A stretch of DNA of 64,000 bases from Deltaproteobacteria bacterium. GTDB taxonomy: Bacteria > Myxococcota_A > Polyangia > Polyangiales > Houyiibacteriaceae. Positions 10,723 to 20,040 of this stretch are shown one piece after another (position 1 is the first letter of the stretch; the number at the start of each line of letters is the position of its first letter). The position numbers were made by a program, and so were the translations under genes. The notes below the pieces were generated by a model, which saw nothing but the letters and a program-made list of their open reading frames with translations, ran no database searches and was not told the DNA's origin. Where the stretch lies: the NCBI GenBank assembly GCA_034670305.1, contig JAXMNT010000010.1:96001-160000 (forward strand), read 5' to 3'.

Positions 10723-11264
10723 GCCGAGTGTTCGCAGCGCTTCGGTCGGTGTTCTGCCTGGCCGCACTGATACTCACGACGAGCTGCGGCGAGGAGCTGA
10801 CCCAGTTCTTCGTCTGCTACGAGATCGCGCCCGATTTGGTCGCGGATTCCACGGTCGTCCACGCCTGCGTCCGCGACGCGGACGGCAACACGATCTTCGG
10901 CTGCGGCGACAGCGAACTCTCGCTCGGGCGCACCGGCGAGACCGCCACCCAGTCGATCGTCGGCAACGGCGAGGTGGACATCACGCTCTCCGCCGACGTC
11001 ACCCGCGCTGGCCCCGGCGGCACCACCCGCGTGGTGCCCGTCGAGCAGCGCGTGGTGGCCACCCTCGAACCCGGCCGGATCATCGATCTGCGCTTGCGAC
11101 TCGAAGCGGTCTGTCTCGAGCGCGCGTGCGACGCCGGCGAGACCTGCGTCGGGGGCGAGTGTCGGGCGGCGGAAGTCACCGCCCGCTGCTTGACCGCACA
11201 CGGGGAGCCGCCGCCGGACCGGTGCGACGACCCGAGGCTGGAAGGCGGCTGCTCGGCGAGGTAG
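10719..11264 (+). CDS. Hypothetical Cys-containing lipoprotein
   Basis: ATGA overlap with the upstream gene; lipobox-like 'LTTSC'; 'CDAGETCVGGEC'. Confidence 0.7.
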   Translation: MSRVFAALRSVFCLAALILTTSCGEELTQFFVCYEIAPDLVADSTVVHACVRDADGNTIFGCGDSELSLGRTGETATQSIVGNGEVDITLSADVTRAGPGGTTRVVPVEQRVVATLEPGRIIDLRLRLEAVCLERACDAGETCVGGECRAAEVTARCLTAHGEPPPDRCDDPRLEGGCSAR

Positions 11265-11287
11265 GAGGAGGCGGAGCGCGGACGCGG

Positions 11288-11608
11288 CCCGTGCCCGTGC
11301 CCGTGGTTGTTCGGACGCCGAAGCCGAAACCGAAGCCGAAACCCGACGCCGAAGCCGAAGCCGAAGCCGACGCCGAAGCCGAAGCCGACGCCGAAGCCGA
11401 CGCCGACGCCGAATCCGACGCCGAATCCGAGCCCGATGCCGCGGCCGCTTCCGCTTCCGCTGCCGCTTCCGCCGCCGCTTCCGCTTCCGCTTCCGCTGCC
11501 GCTTCCGCCGCCGCTTCCGCTTCCGCTTCCGCTGCCACGGCCGCTTCCGCTGCCGCTTCCGCTTCGGCTGCCGTCGCCGCTGCCGCTTCCGCTACCGCTT
11601 CCGCTTCC
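11288..11608. repeat. (GTGCCC) cap plus bipartite tract (GCCGAA/GCCGAC)n then (CGCTTC/CGCTGC)n
   Basis: Read directly; between convergent genes. The halves are near-complementary. Confidence 0.95.
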
Positions 11609-11617
11609 TGGACCGCT

Positions 11618-12046
11618 TCAGGGTTCGGTGGCGGTCCAGCTTTGGTCGGCTTCCAGTCGGTAGGCGCCGCGGTGAGGATGGGGGGGCGTGCCCCACTCGG
11701 CGGGGCTGAGCATGGACCAGTAGAGGCCGTCGGGGCCGTCGTAGAGGTGGTAGACGTGGCCGGGGCGGCGGGGGAACGAACACTGCGCGCGGTGCAGCTG
11801 CGCGTCTTGTTCCGCTTGGGCGACGATCGTCTGGGCTTCGTCCTGCAGTTTTCGGATCTGGTCTGCGAGCATGCGCAGCTTCGCGCCCGCCACGGTTCCG
11901 ATCATGTGGTCGGCGCGTTCGATCTCCGCCGCTGCGTCCACCAGGCGGATCGGCGGGGCGAGCCGATGCAGGCCGTAGGTCGTCATCTTCGACGACGGCG
12001 CGGCAGGGGCCTTGCGGGTGGGATCGTCTTCGTCCGTCATCCCCAT
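11618..12046 (-). CDS. DUF2452-like protein
   Basis: '[19 protein letters not shown]', 'MLSPAEW' and 'YRLEADQSW' resemble DUF2452. Confidence 0.7.
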   Translation of the reverse strand: MGMTDEDDPTRKAPAAPSSKMTTYGLHRLAPPIRLVDAAAEIERADHMIGTVAGAKLRMLADQIRKLQDEAQTIVAQAEQDAQLHRAQCSFPRRPGHVYHLYDGPDGLYWSMLSPAEWGTPPHPHRGAYRLEADQSWTATEP

Positions 12047-12080
12047 GGGCCTAGCGCGAAAACCGCTGCCGCGCGAAGGG

Positions 12081-13799
12081 CTACGGGTAGCCGAGGTCGA
12101 TCTGCATGCCGAGCATCGTCGAGGTCATGCGCACCGTCATCATCGAGGTCATGCGTGTCATCGACGGCGGGTCGCGGCGGATGACCATGATCGGACCACG
12201 CACGCGCATCGTCGTTCGACGAACGCGCATCGTGGGTTCGGGCTCGGTGATTTCCGGTTCGGCGTTCGAGACCTCTGGCGCAGCCTCGGTCGTCTCCGGC
12301 ACCGAGAGCGGTGGCAGCTCGACCACGATCGCCTCTCGGAAGATGCCGTCGTACCGCCAGAGTTCCCGCTCGCCATGGAGCGCACGCACGTGGCGCACTT
12401 CGTCGCTCGGCGCGACCGTCAGCTGGGCACTGCCGGCGGACGTCGGTTCGAGCGCGACCCCGTCGACTTGAACCACCACGCCGGCTGGGATCGACTCGAA
12501 CCTCACCACGACCTCGGCCGGCGGCACCTCGGTTGGCGTCTCGATCTGCGGGGGGAGGCTGACCATCGGAGGCGGCGTCAGCGGTGGCGGCTCGTCTTTC
12601 GACAGCGCGGCCGCCGTGATGCCGAACGCCACACACAACAACGCCACCCCAGCGCCCACGATCTTCCAGATCGGAAGCGGCTTGCTCGCCGCCGGCAGGT
12701 TCTGTGGCGGCGGCGGTGTGATGTCGGGTGGCGGCGGCGGGGGCCCCTTGTCGAGCAAACTCTTCGAACTCACGCCACTGTGGGAAGGCGTGAGTTCGTT
12801 GGTGACGAGGCTGAGATCTTCGTCACCGAGTTCACTGGTTCCGACCTCTGGCTCGTAGAACGCCTCGTCCTCACCGACGGGCACCGCGGAGTTCAACAGC
12901 CGCTTCACGAGCCGGTTCTCGGTGTCCGCCGACTCGGACGCGAGCCACGCACGGATCGCCACCGCGAGGCTCTCGCAGCTGTCGAAGCGGTCGGTCGGGC
13001 TCCGGGCCAGACACCGCATGATGATGCGCTCCAGCACATCCGGCACGGGCCGCACACTCGACGGCTCCGGCGTGGCCTCGCTGAACATCGCGGTCATGGT
13101 CTGAAGCGGATCGTCCCGCGCGAAGAGCCGCTTGCCCGTGACCATCTCCCAGAGGACGACGCCGAGCGCGAAGAGATCCGCCCGGTGGTCCACGTCTTTG
13201 CCGCGCGCCTGCTCGGGCGCCATGTACGGCAGCTTGCCTTTGATGATGCCGCTCTCGGTGCGCTGGGTCTGGTACGCGCTCTTCGCGATGCCGAAGTCGA
13301 GCACCCGCACTTGACCTTCGCGGGTCAGGAAGAGGTTGTGGGGGGAGATGTCCCGATGGACGAGGTCGAGCGACTGCCCCGCCCGGTCGCGCTTGCGGTG
13401 GGCGTAGTCGAGCCCCGACGCCGCCTGCGCGATCACGGCGGCCGCGTGGTGGGGCGGTGCGGCTTCCTCGCGCCCCTGGAAACGCTGCATCACCGTCCAG
13501 AGATCGCGTCCCTTCAAGAACTCCATGACCAGGCACGGCCGGTCCTCGAGCTTTGTCACATCGTGGATGTGCACGATGTTCGGATGCGAGAGCATGGCGG
13601 CGACGCGTGCCTCCCGCATGAACATGTCCACAAAGCGCTCGTCCTCGGCCAGGTGAGGAAGGATCGCCTTGATGACGACCGGACGCGTGACGCCCCCGTC
13701 CATCCGCTGCGCAGCGAGGAACACCTCGGCCATCCCACCGGTGCCAAGTTTGCGGACCAGTTGGTACTGGCCCAGCGACTTCGCTTTGGGCGCGCCCAC
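12081..13799 (-). CDS. Membrane Ser/Thr protein kinase (Hanks type)
   Basis: 'LGTGGMAEV', 'VHRDISPHN', 'LDFGIAK' and 'YMAPEQ', then TM and a PEGA-like C-terminal region. Confidence 0.95.
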   Translation of the reverse strand: MGAPKAKSLGQYQLVRKLGTGGMAEVFLAAQRMDGGVTRPVVIKAILPHLAEDERFVDMFMREARVAAMLSHPNIVHIHDVTKLEDRPCLVMEFLKGRDLWTVMQRFQGREEAAPPHHAAAVIAQAASGLDYAHRKRDRAGQSLDLVHRDISPHNLFLTREGQVRVLDFGIAKSAYQTQRTESGIIKGKLPYMAPEQARGKDVDHRADLFALGVVLWEMVTGKRLFARDDPLQTMTAMFSEATPEPSSVRPVPDVLERIIMRCLARSPTDRFDSCESLAVAIRAWLASESADTENRLVKRLLNSAVPVGEDEAFYEPEVGTSELGDEDLSLVTNELTPSHSGVSSKSLLDKGPPPPPPDITPPPPQNLPAASKPLPIWKIVGAGVALLCVAFGITAAALSKDEPPPLTPPPMVSLPPQIETPTEVPPAEVVVRFESIPAGVVVQVDGVALEPTSAGSAQLTVAPSDEVRHVRALHGERELWRYDGIFREAIVVELPPLSVPETTEAAPEVSNAEPEITEPEPTMRVRRTTMRVRGPIMVIRRDPPSMTRMTSMMTVRMTSTMLGMQIDLGYP

Positions 13800-13859
13800 G
13801 GATCCATCCTCGCGTGCGGCGGGGCGACGGTCAATGGCGACGGGTGGAACCCGCGCCGG

Positions 13860-14429
13860 TCACGCGCCTTCGAGCACGTTCTGCAGGCGCGCGAGGTCCG
13901 CCGGTGGCAGGGCCGCCTGAATGCGCGCGCAGTCCTGACGGTTCTCCATCGCGTGGGTCGGGATCAGGCACTGCTGCGCCTCGTCGGGCAGCCGGCGGCA
14001 CGCGTCGAGAAAGAGGCCTTCGGGCGGCATCTCGCGCGTCCGGTCCGGATAACGGACCCGCACCACCTCGACCATGGCGGCGATGCTCTGGTAGGCGGCG
14101 TCGCAGTAAGACGCCCCGACTTCGGACCCATCGGCGGCTGCCATCGCAGCTTCCATCAGTTCCACGGTCCCCTCGAGGTCGCGCGGATCGACCCGGCTCG
14201 CCTCCGCCTCGGGAAGGTCGGCCGTCGCTTCGGGCCGAGCGGGTTCCGCAGGTTCCGTGGGTTCGACGCGTTCGGTGGGTTCGCCGCGGGGGACCGTCCG
14301 GGGCGCTTCTTCCTGGATCCGCGCTTGGTCCGCGGCGGTCTCGCGGGACACCCGCGATTCCAACCCCTCGTCGCCACAGCCGGCAAAAGCCAGCGCGCCG
14401 AGCACTACCCACCCCGAGATTCGAGCCAT
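13860..14429 (-). CDS. Hypothetical lipoprotein
   Basis: Lipobox 'LAFAGC'; Cys pairs 'CRRLPDEAQQC'. Confidence 0.7.
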   Translation of the reverse strand: MARISGWVVLGALAFAGCGDEGLESRVSRETAADQARIQEEAPRTVPRGEPTERVEPTEPAEPARPEATADLPEAEASRVDPRDLEGTVELMEAAMAAADGSEVGASYCDAAYQSIAAMVEVVRVRYPDRTREMPPEGLFLDACRRLPDEAQQCLIPTHAMENRQDCARIQAALPPADLARLQNVLEGA

Positions 14430-14684
14430 GGGCCACCCTAGCACCAGCGGCCGCGCAGGCCCCTGTCTGCTGCAACCCCTCGTTGGGCACCGCCCCGCGC
14501 TTCTCGCTCTACTGCGTGGAGACCTTTCAGTTGGTGCACGATGGGGGGCGTGGTCCCCAACGAACCGCCCGCCCGCAGCGATCTCGACGGCATGGCGGGG
14601 ACCAATGTCCCCGGCACCTGGGGTCCCGGGGGCGACAATTCCCAGATCGTCCCTGGCGCGCTTCTTGAAGAAGCATCTGCCACG

Positions 14685-16202
14685 ATGCGTTCACTCTCCC
14701 GCTCATTCGCTTTCGTCGCCGCCTTCCTCGCCCTCGCCGGATGCGCGGCCGAGACCCTCGGGTCCAGCCGCGACCGCGACCCGGACCGCCCGGACGGCGA
14801 CGAGTGCGTGGTGGACCGCGACTGCGTCACCGGCCTCGTGTGCGACCGGGGCCTCTGCCTCCCGCCGATCGACGAGCCGACCGAGCGCATGGACTGCGAC
14901 ACCGAAGCGGACTGTCCCACCGACTACACCTGCGAAGACCGCGGCGCGGTGCGCATCTGCATCCCGCCGCCCGTCGACGGCCCCAGCTGCGGCCACTGCC
15001 CCTTCCCGAACGAGTGCCGCGACGGGGTCTGCATTCCGCCGAGCGACGACGGCGACGTCTGCGAGTTCGACCCGGAGTGCGGCGAAGGCATGCTCTGCAT
15101 CGCCGGCCGCTGCACCACCGACCCGCGCATTCCCCTCGACTGCGTGGACGCCGTCGACTGTCCGGAAGGCCTGATCTGCAGCGACATGGGCGAGTGCATC
15201 TGCACCGCGACCGCGGACTGCCCCGTCGGCACGCTGTGCCGGATGGGCATGTGTTTGCCGGACGACGGCGGCTGCGTGGGCGACGACGAGTGCCCGATGG
15301 GCATGCTCTGCGAAGGCGGCGAATGCCGCGACGGATCGACCTGCGACGTCGTGCACCCGGATCTCTCGACCCCAGCCACCTGGGAAGTGGCCTCCATCTA
15401 CAACTTCCGCGAAGCCCTTCCGAGCTGGCTCAGCGACTTCCTCGACGCGGTCGCCGGTCCCTTCCGCTTCCTCGCTGGCGACAGCGACGACCCGGATCTC
15501 GGCCTGCCCGGATTCATCGAAGACGCCATCGGCTCCGCCATCCGCCGCTGGGCCGAAGACAACCTGCCTCCGTACGCGCTGTCGGCCATGGGTGGCATCG
15601 CGGACCTCAACGACATCCTCTCCACGTGGATCGTGGACGAACGCATGGAGCTGACCCCGAACGGGATCCGCGACGGCTACCAGGGCACCCACGAGTGGGT
15701 CCAGGTGAGCTTCGAGTACCGGGACATGCGTGTCATCGGCCGCCCGGAAGACATCGTCGGATGGACCTTCGAGCCGGAAGACTTCCAGGCCCAGGCCGTG
15801 TGCGGCGTCTTCAACATCGATCGTCACCCGGTCGAAGTCGGCATCGGTGCCATCATCGCGTGGGCGGTCGACGCCATCGTCTACGAGGCGTCCGATCACC
15901 GCTACCGCGACACCGAAGCGATGCTCAACAGCCTCCGCACCGGCCTGTGCTCCGAAGCCCGCCGGATCGCCGACGGCATCTACGACGGCGCCGGCCCGCT
16001 CGCCGAGTCCTGGTGCAACAGCGAGCTCGACGACCTCGCGACCCGCATGATCATGGCGCTCGACGAAGCCTTGCTTCGGCTGAACCTGATGCGCCTCAAG
16101 GGCCACAGCCCGATCGTCTCGGGCACGAACATGGAGCCCGGCGTCTGGGAAGGTTCGCTCGTGGGCGGCGACTTCTCCGGCAGCTGGAGCGCCGACCGCT
16201 AG
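14685..16202 (+). CDS. Cys-rich repeat lipoprotein
   Basis: Lipobox 'LALAGC'; multiple 'C..D.DC..G..C..G.C' repeats, then a globular domain. Confidence 0.8.
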   Translation: MRSLSRSFAFVAAFLALAGCAAETLGSSRDRDPDRPDGDECVVDRDCVTGLVCDRGLCLPPIDEPTERMDCDTEADCPTDYTCEDRGAVRICIPPPVDGPSCGHCPFPNECRDGVCIPPSDDGDVCEFDPECGEGMLCIAGRCTTDPRIPLDCVDAVDCPEGLICSDMGECICTATADCPVGTLCRMGMCLPDDGGCVGDDECPMGMLCEGGECRDGSTCDVVHPDLSTPATWEVASIYNFREALPSWLSDFLDAVAGPFRFLAGDSDDPDLGLPGFIEDAIGSAIRRWAEDNLPPYALSAMGGIADLNDILSTWIVDERMELTPNGIRDGYQGTHEWVQVSFEYRDMRVIGRPEDIVGWTFEPEDFQAQAVCGVFNIDRHPVEVGIGAIIAWAVDAIVYEASDHRYRDTEAMLNSLRTGLCSEARRIADGIYDGAGPLAESWCNSELDDLATRMIMALDEALLRLNLMRLKGHSPIVSGTNMEPGVWEGSLVGGDFSGSWSADR

Positions 16203-16232
16203 GCCCCCAGGTGGGGAGGAGGCCGCAGGCCG

Positions 16233-16253
16233 GAGGGGGAACCCTTCCCCCTC
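16233..16253. terminator. Perfect hairpin GAGGGGGAA-ccc-TTCCCCCTC after the 16202 stop
   Basis: 9-bp stem, 3-nt loop; no U-tract, so terminator function is uncertain. Confidence 0.4.
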
Positions 16254-16269
16254 AGAGAGTACAGGTCGA

Positions 16270-16758
16270 GCGAAGCGAGCCAGGCCATCTCACAACGCCA
16301 GCGAGTCAGGCGACTCCACCCGTGCACCTGCGCAGGCCGTAGGCCGAGCAACTGGTGCACTCCCCAAGTGCGTCATAGAGGCGGCGGGAGTGCCTTCACC
16401 GCGCGCAGCCGCCAGTTGTTCCAATCGCTTCTTCAGTGCGTCCAATGCTCGGGCGGCGAGCACGTGAAGGTGCTCTGGACGCCGAATTAGGGCCGCCAGT
16501 CTCGCGAAGCGAGCCAGGCCTCGAACAGCGCCAGCGAGTCAGGCATCTCCACCCGTGCACCTGCGCAGGCCGTAGGCCGAGCAACTGGTGCACTCCCCAA
16601 GTGCGTCACAGAGCGCCTCAAGGAGCGCGTGGACGCGCGCAGCCGCCAGATGCTCCAAGTGCTCTTCAACTCTACTCGGAGAGCATGGGCGGCGAGCACG
16701 TGCACGCAGCGACGGGCGCGAATTAGGGCCGCCAGTCGAGCGAAGCGAGCCAGGCCCG
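16270..16758. repeat. ~235-bp tandem structured repeat (2 units + start of a third)
   Basis: GCGAAGCGAGCCAGGCC at 16270, 16504 and 16740; long shared palindromic blocks. Confidence 0.9.
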
Positions 16759-16813
16759 TAGCGGTCAGTGAGTAACGTGAACCGGTGGCGATTGCGTAGT
16801 AGGCTCCGGGTCG

Positions 16814-17719
16814 ATGCAGCAGTCCCGAATTGGCTACGCCATCCTCCTGATTCTCGCGAGCACGGTGGCCATCCCCGCGTACGCGCAACCAGAGGCCACC
16901 CCACCTCCGCCGAACGAGGACGACGGCGAAGACCACACGATGCGGACCGAGGGACTGAACGACGAGGCGGGGCGCAGCGCGTTCCGCGTCGGCCAAACGC
17001 TCTTTCAGGAAGGCCGCTTCGTCGAAGCCGGCCGCGAGTTCGAACGGGCATTCGAACTCTCCCAGCGCGCCTCGTTGCTGTACAACGCCTACCTCGCCTA
17101 CCGCGATGGCGGGCAGCTCGGCGACGCTGCGCGTTGCCTCGAGGGGTACCTGGACGCCAACCCGGAGGTCGCCGATGCCGAGCGCCTGGGGCACCGGCTC
17201 GCCGCGATGCGCAATACGCTGGCAGAGCAGGAACGCGCCGCCGCTGCCACCGAGGAGGAACGAGCGCGCCTCGCCGCGGAACGAGAAGCCGAGCAGGCCG
17301 CCGCGGCCGCGGAGCAGGAGCGCCTGCGGCTCGAAGCGGAAGAACAGCGACGGCGGGCCGAGTCGGCCGAGACCGCATTGAACCCGATCGGGTACGCGGT
17401 CGGAGGCGCGGGGCTGGCGCTGCTCGGCGGTGCGCTGGCGATGGGTCTTGTCGCCAACAGCCGCGTGGGATCGCTCGAAGACAACTGCCCCGACGATCGG
17501 TGCATCCCCTCCTTCGACCTCGCTGGCGAACGGGACAAAACCGACCGCGCCATCGTGGTCACGGACGTCTTGCTCTTCACGGGCATCGCCACGCTCGCGG
17601 TGGGCGTGGTTCTGCTCTTCGTCGGCCGCGGCTCAGGCGACGACGAAGCACCCGCCGCGACGGCCGGGGCCATGTGCACCGGCGAAGGATGCGCCTTCAG
17701 CGTCCAGGGGAACTTCTGA
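16814..17719 (+). CDS. TPR-containing secreted/membrane protein
   Basis: Signal peptide, TPR ('LLYNAYLAY'), coiled coil and C-terminal TM segments. Confidence 0.75.
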   Translation: MQQSRIGYAILLILASTVAIPAYAQPEATPPPPNEDDGEDHTMRTEGLNDEAGRSAFRVGQTLFQEGRFVEAGREFERAFELSQRASLLYNAYLAYRDGGQLGDAARCLEGYLDANPEVADAERLGHRLAAMRNTLAEQERAAAATEEERARLAAEREAEQAAAAAEQERLRLEAEEQRRRAESAETALNPIGYAVGGAGLALLGGALAMGLVANSRVGSLEDNCPDDRCIPSFDLAGERDKTDRAIVVTDVLLFTGIATLAVGVVLLFVGRGSGDDEAPAATAGAMCTGEGCAFSVQGNF

Positions 17720-18660
17720 TGCGACTCTCTTTGCTTCTGCTTCTCGGACTCACCGGTTGTTTTGCGATCACCGACACCGGCGCGTTCGTGCCCGACGAGG
17801 ACTGCGACCTGCAGCTGCGCGTGCGCAACTTCTCGCCCCACTTGCGCGACAACTTCATCGCGCGTCTGGTCCAGGATCAACCGGACGGCGTCCTGGGCGG
17901 TCCGCAGCAGCACACCTACATCCGGATGGAACCGAACTCCGTCTTGGACATCGACTTCCGCCTGCCGAACTCGGTGCCCGCCCTGCGGCGCGCGGATCAG
18001 ACGCGGCCGCGGATCGAGTTCATCGCCGACGCCAACGGCAACGGCATGCAAGATCCTCCGCCCACGGACCACAGTTGGATCCTTCAGGACGCCTGCTCGA
18101 CCGGTCCGGAGCTCTTCCCCCACAACTTCGACTTCCAAGGCGTCACGCCCCCGGCGGACCTGATCACCCAGGGCGCGGACTTGGTGGTTCGGGTCTGCGG
18201 CCTGTTCGACAATGCGGTGGAGGTCCACCTCGAGACCACCGTGCCGAGTGTCGACGGAGAGCCGGAGCAGGTTCGCGCGACGGGCCTGGTCCGCGTGGCC
18301 AGCTTCCGCGATCGCGGCCGGGACATCGTGTTGCCGGGCGCCGTCGACAGCGGCTTCCAGCAGACCGTCAAAGTGTTCTTCGACAATGGCGACGGAGCCG
18401 GGGGTGGCCCAGACGCCGTGTTCCAGCCCTCGTCCGACGAAGGCTTCGAGTACGTGCATCGGCCGGACTCCATCGTGTTCTGCGCCGACCGACCCCTCGA
18501 GATCCGCGAGTGCACCGTCATGCGGCCGCCCATGGATCCGGTCGCGCCGTGCATGCAGGAAGACGGCACGATGCTCGTGGTCGCCAACCGCATCTTCGGA
18601 CGCAACGAGGTCTCCGAGATCCCGTCGTGGATCGACCTGAGCCCGCCGGCCGAAGACTGA
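17719..18660 (+). CDS. Hypothetical lipoprotein
   Basis: TGATG overlap with the upstream gene; lipobox 'LLGLTGC'. Confidence 0.75.
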   Translation: MRLSLLLLLGLTGCFAITDTGAFVPDEDCDLQLRVRNFSPHLRDNFIARLVQDQPDGVLGGPQQHTYIRMEPNSVLDIDFRLPNSVPALRRADQTRPRIEFIADANGNGMQDPPPTDHSWILQDACSTGPELFPHNFDFQGVTPPADLITQGADLVVRVCGLFDNAVEVHLETTVPSVDGEPEQVRATGLVRVASFRDRGRDIVLPGAVDSGFQQTVKVFFDNGDGAGGGPDAVFQPSSDEGFEYVHRPDSIVFCADRPLEIRECTVMRPPMDPVAPCMQEDGTMLVVANRIFGRNEVSEIPSWIDLSPPAED

Positions 18661-18669
18661 CGGGTGAGT

Positions 18670-20040
18670 TCAGAGGCGGTCGGTGTGCGGCCGGACCTCG
18701 ACCTCAGTCACCCCGCCGAGCTTCGAGAGCGCGGGCTCCAAGAGCCGGCGGTCCCCCACCGCGACGATCGCGAGGTCGCGCGGTTGGATGCGCTTCGCGA
18801 CCGCTTCGCTCGCGGTGCGCCGGTTCACTGCGCGCACGTCGGACCGGAACCGATCGATCGGTTCGGGGGCCGTGCGACCGACTCGGAGCGCACGCTCGAG
18901 GCGCATGTCGAGCCGCTTGGCCGCGGTGTCTTCATCGAAACAGCGGCCTCGAATGAGCCACTGCTTCGCACGGCCGACCTCGCGGGCACGCAGACCCTCT
19001 GCAGCCCACTCGTCGAGCAACCGCAACTGAAGTTCGGCGCAGTCCGCGAGCCGTTCGGTCGCGGGGTGCGACCACATCTCCCAGGCGTCGCGCACCAGGC
19101 CGACCGAGAGTGAACTGTAGGTGGAGTAGCTGTACCCGTGCACCGTGCGCACCTGATGCGAGAGCCGCGACGTGAAGAGTCCTCCGAACGCCGCGTCGGC
19201 CACCACGAGCGGCATCCGGTGCGGGTCCGAAAACCAGGTCCCGAGCGTGGCGATGCCGAGCTGGGTCTGGGCGCGGTCCGGCTTGTCGATGATCCGGACG
19301 CGGCGACCGCGCGCCATCTTCGGAGTCGGGACCTTCGGTGCGCCCTTCGAGCGGTCCTTGGGCAGATCACTGAAGTGGCGCGCGAGCACCGCCGCCACCT
19401 CTTCGGCGTCCACCGCACCGGCCGCGCCGTAGAGCACGCGGTCGCGGCGGAGCAATGTCCGATGCTGCGCAATCAGCCGGGTGCGATCGATGCGGCCCAG
19501 GCTCGCGTGGGTGCCGCCCACCGGACGGCCGAGCGGATGGTCCCCGAACAAGTGGTTGCGCAGGTGCCGATGGGCGAGTGCTCCGTCGTCGTCGCGCATG
19601 GCATGCAGCGCGGCCCGGATGCGCCGCTTGGCGCGGGCGAGATCGTCGTTGCGGAACGCCGGTTCGCGCACGAGCCTGGCGAGCAGCGCCACCAGCGGTT
19701 CGAAGTTGCGGGCGAGCACCGTCGCCGAGATCCGAATCGAGCGCTGTCCGAGCGTGATGGAGAGACGCGCGCCGAGGCGATCGAGTTGTTCGTCGACCGA
19801 GGACGGCTGCGCGCCGCGCCACCCTCGCCGCAGCAGCCGCGCCATGAGGCGGGTGGTTCCGAGCGCGTCTTCGGGATCCGTGCCCGCGCCGCCCCGCAGA
19901 CACACGACGAAGTCGATGAGCGGGAGGCCAGGCGCGGGTTCGACGAACACGGGCGCGCCTTCGAAGAAGAAACGTTCTCCGGTCGGCGACGCGTTCGATC
20001 GCTTGGCCTTCTTCCGGACCTTGGCAGCCGTCGCGGTCAT
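18670..20040 (-). CDS. M16 family peptidase, non-catalytic partner subunit
   Basis: M16 fold motifs ('FGDHPLGRP', 'FGGLFTSRL...VR...GYSY'); no HXXEH; coupled to the upstream gene. Confidence 0.85.
   Translation of the reverse strand: MTATAAKVRKKAKRSNASPTGERFFFEGAPVFVEPAPGLPLIDFVVCLRGGAGTDPEDALGTTRLMARLLRRGWRGAQPSSVDEQLDRLGARLSITLGQRSIRISATVLARNFEPLVALLARLVREPAFRNDDLARAKRRIRAALHAMRDDDGALAHRHLRNHLFGDHPLGRPVGGTHASLGRIDRTRLIAQHRTLLRRDRVLYGAAGAVDAEEVAAVLARHFSDLPKDRSKGAPKVPTPKMARGRRVRIIDKPDRAQTQLGIATLGTWFSDPHRMPLVVADAAFGGLFTSRLSHQVRTVHGYSYSTYSSLSVGLVRDAWEMWSHPATERLADCAELQLRLLDEWAAEGLRAREVGRAKQWLIRGRCFDEDTAAKRLDMRLERALRVGRTAPEPIDRFRSDVRAVNRRTASEAVAKRIQPRDLAIVAVGDRRLLEPALSKLGGVTEVEVRPHTDRL

Noticed and set aside
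16270-16758. CRISPR array or integron attC array
   Set aside because: The period is ~235 bp with multiple conserved blocks, there are no cas or integrase genes, and no cassette ORFs lie between units.
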